Shown here piece by piece: positions 30,031 through 38,282 of a stretch of DNA of 64,000 nt. Location of the stretch: positions 1-64,000 of IMG/VR virus record IMGVR_UViG_3300008120_000147; one strand, given 5' to 3'. Under the pieces are notes generated by a model. It was not told the origin of the DNA and ran no database searches. It was given only the letters and a program-made list of their open reading frames with translations. A program made the position numbers and the translations under genes. This DNA is from an uncultured virus (IMG/VR IMGVR_UViG_3300008120_000147) (lineage: Duplodnaviria; Heunggongvirae; Uroviricota; Caudoviricetes). Each line of letters begins with the position of its first letter. Within the stretch, counting starts at the first letter, position 1.

Positions 30031-32504
30031 TAGAATTGATAATTGATTCCTTTTTCTTTTAATATGTTGTTCAATTTTTGTAAATCATCTTTACTGAGTT
30101 CGTCTTTAATCCAATAATCTAAATCATATTCTTTACCTATCATTCCCTTTCTTTTACCAAAGGCTAATTTTACTTTTTGCAAATCTTTATCGTTTCTTAA
30201 TTCAGACATTTTATCAAATAATTCATCTTTTTTGTAACTTGGTCCATACATAGATTTAAATATTCTATCGGCTATGTAGTCGTAGTCCAAATCTGGTTCG
30301 AATTCTTCACCAAGCTTGACATATTTAGAGAACTCACTATAAACTACTCCGAAGCCAAATCTCAATTGTTCCCCTGATATTTCCAATTTTTCTCCATTTT
30401 TTAACTTTAATAATTTTTCTTTAATTCTATCAAATATCTTATTTCCTTTTATTATATCAATAACAAAATTTTGACCCTTGATTGAACCTCGACCAATATG
30501 CTCCTCTTTCATTGCAATTAAATATAAAATTATAGCATCAGCAATTATGTCCACGGATTCATCATTAAGCCTACTTGGATTAGATATAACTTTTATAATT
30601 AGATTATTTCCTGTGTAATCAGTAGGAGTTTGTTTAAAGCACTCTATCAAATTTAAAGAAGAGAAACTCGCTTTTTTATCAGCTCGATAGTCATACAGTC
30701 GATTAAATCCTTTATGAAATACAATTAATTTTTTTTGTAACAATTTACAAAAAACATCAATATATTTTTGAGCCAATCCATCAAAACTAAAAGTCATCAA
30801 ATAGGTAAACCTTTTAAAAGGACTCAATTTGTAATCTACTAAATTGAATCTTTTCGCATTTGTAGTTGTACCTAAGAAATCTGGGTTCGAGTCCGTCAAT
30901 TCTGTATTAATTAATAATTTTGATAATTTATCTAAGGAATCGTCAATTTTTTTATCAACAACTTCTTTTGGTAAAATTTTCATTTCATTTAACATTTTAA
31001 CAAATACATCACCGTCATATTCAGAAGTCTCAGAATATAATTCATGAGATTTTAAAAAATTATTTTTTAATACTTCTCTGAATTTTTCAACACTTTCACT
31101 ACCTCCTTCTATTTCAGAATAGATAGATGTTATAACTGAGATTGGAAATGAAATGTCTTCACTATTTTTAGAAAAATACTCACATATTTGTTCAATTTTC
31201 TTTTTGAGCAAATCTGATTTTTGACCAGACATTTTTACAAACTCTAATAAAAAAATAATCAGATTAGATAAATAATTTATAAATTCACTTTTTTCTAAAT
31301 TTCTATCTGTTAAAGGTAAATCATAGAGTCTTTTTATAATATTATCTAATACCTGTGGTTTGCTCTTTGATAAATCCGAAATCAATTCAGTAAATATCTT
31401 CTTTGATCCAATACTTGAAATGTTTATACGTGAAAAAAGTTTGACCGTCTTTTCACTATCTTTGAGAATTGATGGAATATCCAAACTTTTTATCCATTGA
31501 ACCGGTCTATTCGGGTCTATTTGTATCAACTCTTTATCATTGTCTATGATTTTACACTGAAGAATGTCTTTATTACCCACTCTTACTCTTTCGTATTGGT
31601 ACTCTAACTTAGACATTGGATTCCAAGTTCTCCCATCATCTGATGTATATCTTGTCGGTTTAGCCAAGTCTGCATCATAAATGACCAATACTCTTCCATC
31701 ATTACCACCTGTAAATGAAATACCATCAACTAATGATATAAATCCATCCATTTTACACAATCTTAGAGCAATCGGACCAGTCAAAAATCTACCCTTTTTG
31801 TCCTTTTCTAACTCTTCAACAAAACCACCTGGAGTTGTTACTTTTGTCTTTACTAAGATTTCGTTAAAACCATTCAGTAGTTCTTTATTCTTATTATAGA
31901 AATTTAAAAACTTACCACCCATTATTTTTTTCAATTGGTCAATAAGTGTGTGATTAGCTCCCCAAACTTTTTTTGCTTGATTATTTCCTTCAGTCATATC
32001 AAGTATTAAAAATTTACCAGTGTTATCGACTCTAAATTCAACAATATTTTGTCCATATCCTCTCATATCAGGTTTACCATCACCATCAAAGTCTCTAATC
32101 TGATCATCAAACTCATAACAAGTATACAAACCAACACCATAAAAATCTCCTGCACCTGCTCTGAAACCTTGAGAAATTATTCTTGGATCCTGTGTTGTAA
32201 TTTTATCACCTATTTTAACTATTGGAAAACCTCTATCATCCAATTTGATATCGGGATTCATATCACTTAGTAATTTAATATTGTTACTGATTGCTAATTG
32301 ATACTCTTTTGTATTTTTAGTTAAACCAAAAATCATAGACTCAGCAAATTGTTGATAAAAATTTACATTTGGATCAGGTTCTACATTGACTATATAACTT
32401 TGTTCGACTAATCTTGTTCTATGGTAAGCTAAAAACTGACCCGACTCTAAAGCCTCATTGATTCTTAATTCTCTAAATTTGGAAAAATCTCTTATAAATT
32501 TCAT
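30030..32504 (-). CDS. ADP-ribosyltransferase-like protein with C-terminal annexin-like repeat and CTS-like N-terminus
   Basis: AYHRT, IISQGF, GDFYGVGLYT, YGQNIVEFRV; ADRIFKSMYG...DLQKVKLAF...LDYWIKDELS. Confidence 0.6.
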   Translation of the reverse strand: MKFIRDFSKFRELRINEALESGQFLAYHRTRLVEQSYIVNVEPDPNVNFYQQFAESMIFGLTKNTKEYQLAISNNIKLLSDMNPDIKLDDRGFPIVKIGDKITTQDPRIISQGFRAGAGDFYGVGLYTCYEFDDQIRDFDGDGKPDMRGYGQNIVEFRVDNTGKFLILDMTEGNNQAKKVWGANHTLIDQLKKIMGGKFLNFYNKNKELLNGFNEILVKTKVTTPGGFVEELEKDKKGRFLTGPIALRLCKMDGFISLVDGISFTGGNDGRVLVIYDADLAKPTRYTSDDGRTWNPMSKLEYQYERVRVGNKDILQCKIIDNDKELIQIDPNRPVQWIKSLDIPSILKDSEKTVKLFSRINISSIGSKKIFTELISDLSKSKPQVLDNIIKRLYDLPLTDRNLEKSEFINYLSNLIIFLLEFVKMSGQKSDLLKKKIEQICEYFSKNSEDISFPISVITSIYSEIEGGSESVEKFREVLKNNFLKSHELYSETSEYDGDVFVKMLNEMKILPKEVVDKKIDDSLDKLSKLLINTELTDSNPDFLGTTTNAKRFNLVDYKLSPFKRFTYLMTFSFDGLAQKYIDVFCKLLQKKLIVFHKGFNRLYDYRADKKASFSSLNLIECFKQTPTDYTGNNLIIKVISNPSRLNDESVDIIADAIILYLIAMKEEHIGRGSIKGQNFVIDIIKGNKIFDRIKEKLLKLKNGEKLEISGEQLRFGFGVVYSEFSKYVKLGEEFEPDLDYDYIADRIFKSMYGPSYKKDELFDKMSELRNDKDLQKVKLAFGKRKGMIGKEYDLDYWIKDELSKDDLQKLNNILKEKGINYQF

Positions 32505-32565
32505 AATCTATATATAAAAAATAAGATTTTAATTTAATATATACTTTATAAAAAAAAATGAAACT

Positions 32566-32967
32566 ATGAAACATTTAAAAAGATTTAATGAAAGTGAAGA
32601 TACAACCAAACACTTCTACTCACCAGGATTTGGTAAAGGAACTGAGAGTAACAGAGAAGCGGCTGATAAAATGTTTGCAGAAATTGATAGAATTGCAGAT
32701 TCCGGATCTGATACAGCTCTACATGATCTTTTTTATACAATAGACCATATCGAAGAATTTATGCAACAATTCGGATATGTACCAGAAGGTGACCGAAATC
32801 AAGATGAGGTTTGGGATGACTTAAGTATGCATATACATGACTCTATGAGACCACTTATTAGAAGAGCTATAGGAAGTCCTAACTATCCATCGCGTAAACA
32901 CCAAAGACCAAATATCGCATACACTCGAAAATACTCTGATAAGTTTGTTCCAAGTTGGAAAAAATAA
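32566..32967 (+). CDS. Hypothetical protein with CTS-like N-terminus
   Basis: MKHLKRFNESE; TAATATATA at 32535-32543. Confidence 0.7.
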   Translation: MKHLKRFNESEDTTKHFYSPGFGKGTESNREAADKMFAEIDRIADSGSDTALHDLFYTIDHIEEFMQQFGYVPEGDRNQDEVWDDLSMHIHDSMRPLIRRAIGSPNYPSRKHQRPNIAYTRKYSDKFVPSWKK

Positions 32968-32969
32968 AT

Positions 32970-33002
32970 AAAAAAACCTTTGATTCAATTCAAAGGTTTT
33001 TT
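32970..33002. terminator. Bidirectional intrinsic terminator
   Basis: aaaaaacctttga...tcaaaggtttttt. Confidence 0.8.
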
Positions 33003-33570
33003 ATTTTGAGTAAGTTACTAATCCACCTAATTTTTTTTTCTCTAAAATTATTTCTTCAGTATTTATATTTGATTTTTGGAAATCTCTAATTAATTTATAA
33101 AGCCTTCTATTTACTAATCGCAATTGACCAGATATATCTTGTGTAGTATAGATTTTAGTTGAATTTGAATTCAGCCTCTCAAATTTGGAATTTACAGGAA
33201 CTAATATCATTTCACTTTTTTCTAAAAATTGATAAGAACACTTATTTGATTTTAAAATATTTCTATTTTTAGAAAATAAATTTTGAGATATATCGAACTT
33301 GAAAAAAGGCAAATAACTTCTATAGAAAGTCCGACCAGCATTAATATTAATAAATTTATGATTGGATATATCAGATACACTTATGTCAAATAACTTACAA
33401 CTTTCTTCATAAAACTCTCTGACACAAGTTTTTTCAATACTTTCCCCAAAGTCACATTTTCCACCAGCATCTGATAAAACTCCTCTTTTTGAACCAAATG
33501 TTAAAAAGTATAAGTCGTCATTTATCTTAACAATTGGTAATATACCACCACCTGAGAATTTAGTATTCAT
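33001..33570 (-). CDS. NUDIX hydrolase
   Basis: GGKCDFGESIEKTCVREFYEES; TATATTTG upstream. Confidence 0.85.
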   Translation of the reverse strand: MNTKFSGGGILPIVKINDDLYFLTFGSKRGVLSDAGGKCDFGESIEKTCVREFYEESCKLFDISVSDISNHKFININAGRTFYRSYLPFFKFDISQNLFSKNRNILKSNKCSYQFLEKSEMILVPVNSKFERLNSNSTKIYTTQDISGQLRLVNRRLYKLIRDFQKSNINTEEIILEKKKLGGLVTYSK

Positions 33571-33607
33571 AATTCAAATATACAAAAAAATATTTAATAT
33601 ATATAAT

Positions 33608-34666
33608 ATGATTATAAAGAAATTTTCAGAATTCAAATTAATATTAGAGAATACAGTAAGTCCTACTAGATTTAGAAACGCGAGTGTAGGTGATATAGTT
33701 GATTTTGTAGACCAATTTTTATACAATTCTAAAAATATAGATATAACCGAAAAAATAGCTGGACAACATCTTACCGTAACAATTAAAGATAATTTTGTCA
33801 TGGTAAATACAAAAGACCAAATTTTATCAGGGCAATCTGGAAGAAATGCATCACACTCAAGATGGGGATCAGACATCACTAGACCACTCATAGACATAAT
33901 TGCCAACCAAAAGTTACCAGATCAAACTTGGGGATTTGAGATACTAAATCCTCGTTCTAATCACGATTACATACAATATAAAAATGTAGATAAAATATAC
34001 ATTGAATACACTGGTAATCTATCTGAGGAGCTGGCAGAAGAAATAAGAAAAAAATTAAATACAGGAATAAAACTATTGACAAAAAAAGATATCAAAATTA
34101 ATATCAATAAAAATCAAGCCTTTGAAGATTTCAAAAAAGTTTGGGAAGGTGGTTTAAGAAATGAATTCATATCAATGACTTTTAAAGACGATTATAAAGT
34201 AGGTAAACTAAAAGATATGATAGGTGATTTACTAGATGAAGTAATTGTGTCTGTAGTTGATAAAGTATCACCAATTGAAGGAATTGTTATAGGAACTTCA
34301 ACACCTATAAAACTACAAACTAATAAATTTTTAAAAATTCAACGAGTTCAAATGCCAATGTATTCAGTATTCAAAATTAGCAGACATGAAATTGACCAAG
34401 TAATGAATAACCCTACTACCTCTTTTGAACAATTGAAAAATAAATTTGGCTTAAGATTAGACTCAATATATAGACAAAATCTGAGATATAGTTTATACGA
34501 AACTTTAAAATATTATCTTCAACAAAATGCTAAACTTGAAGGAACAGACACTTCTAAATACAAAAGATGGTTGTCAAGCGAAGAGTCAGAGAGTATGCTA
34601 AGAAAATTAACTCAACAAAATTGTAAAGAAATATATTTAGAACTTTACAATAAAGTCAATTCTTAG
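33608..34666 (+). CDS. Ligase/nucleotidyltransferase-like protein with CTS-like N-terminus
   Basis: TEKIAG (motif I), GFEIL (III), EGIVI (IV), IKLQ (V); MIIKKFSEFKLILE; TAATATATA at 33595-33603. Confidence 0.55.
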   Translation: MIIKKFSEFKLILENTVSPTRFRNASVGDIVDFVDQFLYNSKNIDITEKIAGQHLTVTIKDNFVMVNTKDQILSGQSGRNASHSRWGSDITRPLIDIIANQKLPDQTWGFEILNPRSNHDYIQYKNVDKIYIEYTGNLSEELAEEIRKKLNTGIKLLTKKDIKININKNQAFEDFKKVWEGGLRNEFISMTFKDDYKVGKLKDMIGDLLDEVIVSVVDKVSPIEGIVIGTSTPIKLQTNKFLKIQRVQMPMYSVFKISRHEIDQVMNNPTTSFEQLKNKFGLRLDSIYRQNLRYSLYETLKYYLQQNAKLEGTDTSKYKRWLSSEESESMLRKLTQQNCKEIYLELYNKVNS

Positions 34667-34995
34667 TCTAATAAATTATCTAAATTAAAATCTCTGTAGA
34701 CTTGTTTAGTAATATCACCTAAACCAGTATCAATCAATTTATCAAAATTTGAGTCTGTTGTATCAAATTCGTAGTCTTTTAGAGTTTCTAAATTTTTATT
34801 ATACCACATATAAAAGAAATCACAGGTAGTCTCAACTATATCTTCAAATGATGGTTCTAAAAACGAATCATATCCACAAAATAGAATTCTAAAATCCAAT
34901 GGTCGTTCAGTGTCATAAATAATATCAATTGATTTATTCCAATTTAAATTTATTGTAAAACCTAACTTTTCAATTCTATCTAAATGTTCAATCAT
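34663..34995 (-). CDS. Hypothetical protein with C-terminal RDFNLDNLL motif
   Basis: 110-aa ORF. Confidence 0.65.
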   Translation of the reverse strand: MIEHLDRIEKLGFTINLNWNKSIDIIYDTERPLDFRILFCGYDSFLEPSFEDIVETTCDFFYMWYNKNLETLKDYEFDTTDSNFDKLIDTGLGDITKQVYRDFNLDNLLD

Positions 34996-35218
34996 TTTTA
35001 AGTACTTTATTAAGTTTATATTCTCTTTTATCTTCTAATTCAATCGGCTCAACTATTAATTCACCATTTGATATTTTTATTTCCCATTTATTACCGGTTA
35101 CATCATCTAAGAGCGCTAATTTAGTTATGACACAATATCCATCTGGCTCTATTCTAAGAACAGAATCACCAGATGAACTATTCACATTAAATACATTAGG
35201 TTGAAGTTTAACAGCCAT
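34988..35218 (-). CDS. Small protein with C-terminal REYKLNKVL motif
   Basis: 76-aa ORF coupled to its neighbours. Confidence 0.65.
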   Translation of the reverse strand: MAVKLQPNVFNVNSSSGDSVLRIEPDGYCVITKLALLDDVTGNKWEIKISNGELIVEPIELEDKREYKLNKVLKND

Positions 35219-36159
35219 TATAGTTTAATACCAGTTTTAGGATCATAATTCATAATCAACAACTCAACACCTTTAGCTTGTTCAGTTTTAAGTTCGGAAT
35301 TATTTCCACCATGAGCAGAGCTTCTGAAAACCTCTTTCTCAGTCCAAACGTATTTATCTTTAGGTAATAACTCTTCTAAAAGTGGAAAATAATAATAAGA
35401 AAGAGACCAACGACACTTTGTTTTTTTAAGTAATTCTAATAACCTTCTATGAGAAGCTGGACCAAATACACCTTCTTTGTCAGCTCCATACCAAAAAAGT
35501 CTTTTAGCATCGTCCTCTCCGTTCTCATCTGGTCTAAAATAAGGAGGATCTAAATAAAGATAAGTATCTTCCGCATCATATTTAGTAATCAACTCTTCAA
35601 AGTCAATATTTAAAAATTCAGTAATTGATTGTAATTTATGAGTATATTTATTTTTCTTCAATTTATCAATGAGAACTTCTAATTTAAGACGGTCTTTATC
35701 TTTTTTATAACCATTGAAACCAGCACCTCGTGGATAAACCGAATTATGAGCAGATGTAATAAGAAAAGCATAAATAGCCGCCTTTTCAAAATCTCCAATT
35801 TCAAAGTTCATATCATCCAAGAAATCATTCTTTTGGTAGTCCTTATAAATCTTTTTATAAAAGTCCCATTTTTTTAATGGTTCTGTTTCAGTTGTGTGTA
35901 ATAAAGTATTTTTTAAATTTTCCAAATAAGGTAAAAACTCTTCAGGTTGTGATGAACACTTATATAAGTTCACCTGGTGTCGATTTTTATCATTATAGAT
36001 AACTACATCAAATTTAAGTTGATCGTCGTCCATATACGTTCCCATTGAACCAGAAAAAGGCTCTAAATATGTTTTTATTCCAGTTTTTGGAATTTTTGTA
36101 TTGATTAACTCCTGAAATGCAGAGGAACTTTTACCTCCAAAATAACTTATTACTGCCAT
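35218..36159 (-). CDS. dam: Dam-like (D12 class) DNA N6-adenine methyltransferase
   Basis: YFGGKS, YLEPFSGS, IYND, YLDPPY. Confidence 0.85.
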   Translation of the reverse strand: MAVISYFGGKSSSAFQELINTKIPKTGIKTYLEPFSGSMGTYMDDDQLKFDVVIYNDKNRHQVNLYKCSSQPEEFLPYLENLKNTLLHTTETEPLKKWDFYKKIYKDYQKNDFLDDMNFEIGDFEKAAIYAFLITSAHNSVYPRGAGFNGYKKDKDRLKLEVLIDKLKKNKYTHKLQSITEFLNIDFEELITKYDAEDTYLYLDPPYFRPDENGEDDAKRLFWYGADKEGVFGPASHRRLLELLKKTKCRWSLSYYYFPLLEELLPKDKYVWTEKEVFRSSAHGGNNSELKTEQAKGVELLIMNYDPKTGIKL

Positions 36160-36168
36160 GTTTTATTT

Positions 36169-36654
36169 TTATTTTAATATTTGTTCTAATCCGGTTTTTT
36201 GTATGCCGTTGATTTCATCTCTTACTTTCATTAATATTTTACCTAAATGATTTTCGCCTTTACCATTGAAGACGCCCCAAAAAGTATCTTTCCATAAATT
36301 GACCTCGACAATTTTAGCATCACCCGTCAACTTTAGTAGTTCTGCGAGATTTTCGTCTTTGAATTTTTCTCTGATTGCAAAATTCATAATTTCAATTTTT
36401 TTTTCAGACCAATCTTTGCGAACTTTTATTTTTTGACCTATTTTTTTTACCACACCTGGTTCTTTTATTTTAGAAATCATTTCTCTAAAGTCAGCCGATG
36501 TATAATATTTTCCATTTAACATTTGATCCGAATTAGATTTCATAGCAACATAAAAATGCTCAACTGTAGGATAGGTAATTCCCTGAAATTCAATTTTTGA
36601 TTCATAAAAATTTGATAAAAAATAATATTTACCTCTAAATTGCTCAATAGTCAT
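36169..36654 (-). CDS. NADAR (YbiA-like) family protein
   Basis: FLSNFY, YPTVEHFY, DW...M...KF, DTFWG...GENHLGKILMKVR; likely start MTIEQ at 36654. Confidence 0.92.
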   Translation of the reverse strand: MTIEQFRGKYYFLSNFYESKIEFQGITYPTVEHFYVAMKSNSDQMLNGKYYTSADFREMISKIKEPGVVKKIGQKIKVRKDWSEKKIEIMNFAIREKFKDENLAELLKLTGDAKIVEVNLWKDTFWGVFNGKGENHLGKILMKVRDEINGIQKTGLEQILK

Positions 36655-36675
36655 ATTTATTATACTATATAAAAC

Positions 36676-36699
36676 AAAAAAGTCCACTTTTGTGGACTT
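36676..36699 (-). terminator. Intrinsic terminator after tmRNA
   Basis: Minus strand aagtccac-aaaa-gtggactttttt. Confidence 0.8.
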
Positions 36700-36704
36700 A
36701 ATTT

Positions 36705-36990
36705 TAGTGGAGATGACGATGTACTGCCCATCGTGTCTTCCCTAGTTAACAATAATTATTCATTCACAGGCTTAGAAAGTTTTTCGAAACTTACAAAATA
36801 GTTAGTTGAACAACCCATCACTCTAACAATTCTGGTTTCACATTTTTAACTGTGTGATTCAGCTGGAGAATTTTTTCGAAAGCTTAAAAGATTAAACTAA
36901 AGATAGCTCTTCTGCCTTAAGCATGTTGTTTTGTAACGCCGCTACTAAATCTTCACGGGATGCTACTTCATTTGTTTTGCCATTTACGAC
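36705..36990 (-). ncRNA. ssrA: tmRNA-like RNA (tag frame plus 3' tRNA-like half; 5' part absent)
   Basis: TAAAT|GGC resume context, 29-codon tag 36981-36892, CTAAGCCTGTGA, 3' end GAC-ACGATG-GGCAGTA-CATCGT-CATCTCC-A-CTA. Confidence 0.8.
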
Positions 36991-37021
36991 TTTTATATAA
37001 TATTATAAAATACAAAAAAGT

Positions 37022-37420
37022 TTAGATATTATCTTCATATTTAAAATATATGTCCATTCTACACTCACCAGCATTATATTGAGAGTTTGGCTTATCAAAG
37101 GCAACACCAGTTCCCCAATACTTCGTCTTCTCTGAACTATATAGAAACTTATTATCTTTTAAATAATCAGAAACGACACCTATAACATCACTAACTTCAT
37201 TCCAAGTTAATTCACGAGATTCTTTTTTAAGTTTAATTATTATATAATAACCATTAGGACCTTTTCTATTACCAACTTTTACAAATCGAGACTCACCTTC
37301 AATATTTTTAAAATTCAATTCTAATAAAATATCATTAACAATAGGAGTAATATCATTAATAATCTCACTAACATCAGAATCTATTGATTCAAAAAATTTA
37401 AAATCTGTTAAATATCTCAT
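37022..37420 (-). CDS. Hypothetical protein with CTS-like N-terminus
   Basis: MRYLTDFKFFES. Confidence 0.65.
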   Translation of the reverse strand: MRYLTDFKFFESIDSDVSEIINDITPIVNDILLELNFKNIEGESRFVKVGNRKGPNGYYIIIKLKKESRELTWNEVSDVIGVVSDYLKDNKFLYSSEKTKYWGTGVAFDKPNSQYNAGECRMDIYFKYEDNI

Positions 37421-37423
37421 TAT

Positions 37424-37699
37424 TTAATTAAATACATCAGGAGAATCACCTTCTTCAGGTTCATATTCATCAGAGTCTAAACTCTTTATAATGTTTTCAA
37501 CTTCTTCATAAGAGTCATAATTTGTCCAAAGAGAACCTTTGCCAAACAATTCTTCAGCGTCTTCAGCATCTTTATAAGTTAGACCATCAGCCATCATTTT
37601 TGGAGTGAGTGCGAATATTCTAAAGTGGCTACCAACTCTATTTACAAAATATTTAACTTTATCGTTGTTAAAACTTTCAAATAATTTAATGTATTTCAT
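37424..37699 (-). CDS. Small protein with CTS-like N-terminus
   Basis: MKYIKLFESF. Confidence 0.7.
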   Translation of the reverse strand: MKYIKLFESFNNDKVKYFVNRVGSHFRIFALTPKMMADGLTYKDAEDAEELFGKGSLWTNYDSYEEVENIIKSLDSDEYEPEEGDSPDVFN

Positions 37700-37711
37700 A
37701 TTATTTATTTT

Positions 37712-38281
37712 TTAGAAAGGCATTGTATCATCATCTAAGCCTTCATCTAAAGTAAAACCAAATGAAAGTATCCCACCACCAGATTTTGATTGCCAAATGT
37801 CAAATTCAGCATCATATTGAGCTAAAATATCTCTTTTAAGTTTGTTAGCGACTTCGAAAACTTTGATAACATTTCTTAATGTTTCCTTTTTAGCCATATG
37901 AACCTCTATTACAATGTCTTCATTTCTTTTAGCGGTAATTTGCACATTATCAACTCCTGAATTTCTAAACATTTGACGAAGTAAATAAGTTAAATGCTGA
38001 ACATCATCATCTTCATCATCTTCATCATATCCATAATCATCATCATCATCATCATCAAACTTCGGATTTGATGATTTTTTTCCAGAATAGTATTTATCGT
38101 CTTCATCATCATACCAATCATCATACTCACCATAATCTTTAGTAGAATCATCATCATACTCATAATCATCTTCTGGCCAACGTGCTTCATTTTTTTTATT
38201 AGCAGAAAGACCATTGTTTAGATGACTAAATTCATCTTCTCTGATATTTTCTAAATATTTTATAAATGTTTTTATTTTCAT
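37712..38281 (-). CDS. Asp-rich protein with CTS-like N-terminus
   Basis: MKIKTFIKYLE; long D/Y-rich tract. Confidence 0.7.
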   Translation of the reverse strand: MKIKTFIKYLENIREDEFSHLNNGLSANKKNEARWPEDDYEYDDDSTKDYGEYDDWYDDEDDKYYSGKKSSNPKFDDDDDDDYGYDEDDEDDDVQHLTYLLRQMFRNSGVDNVQITAKRNEDIVIEVHMAKKETLRNVIKVFEVANKLKRDILAQYDAEFDIWQSKSGGGILSFGFTLDEGLDDDTMPF

Positions 38282-38282
38282 A

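Noticed and set aside
36705..36740. Stand-alone tRNA gene
   Set aside because: Only the T-arm and 3' acceptor strand are present, with no D or anticodon arms; context matches tmRNA
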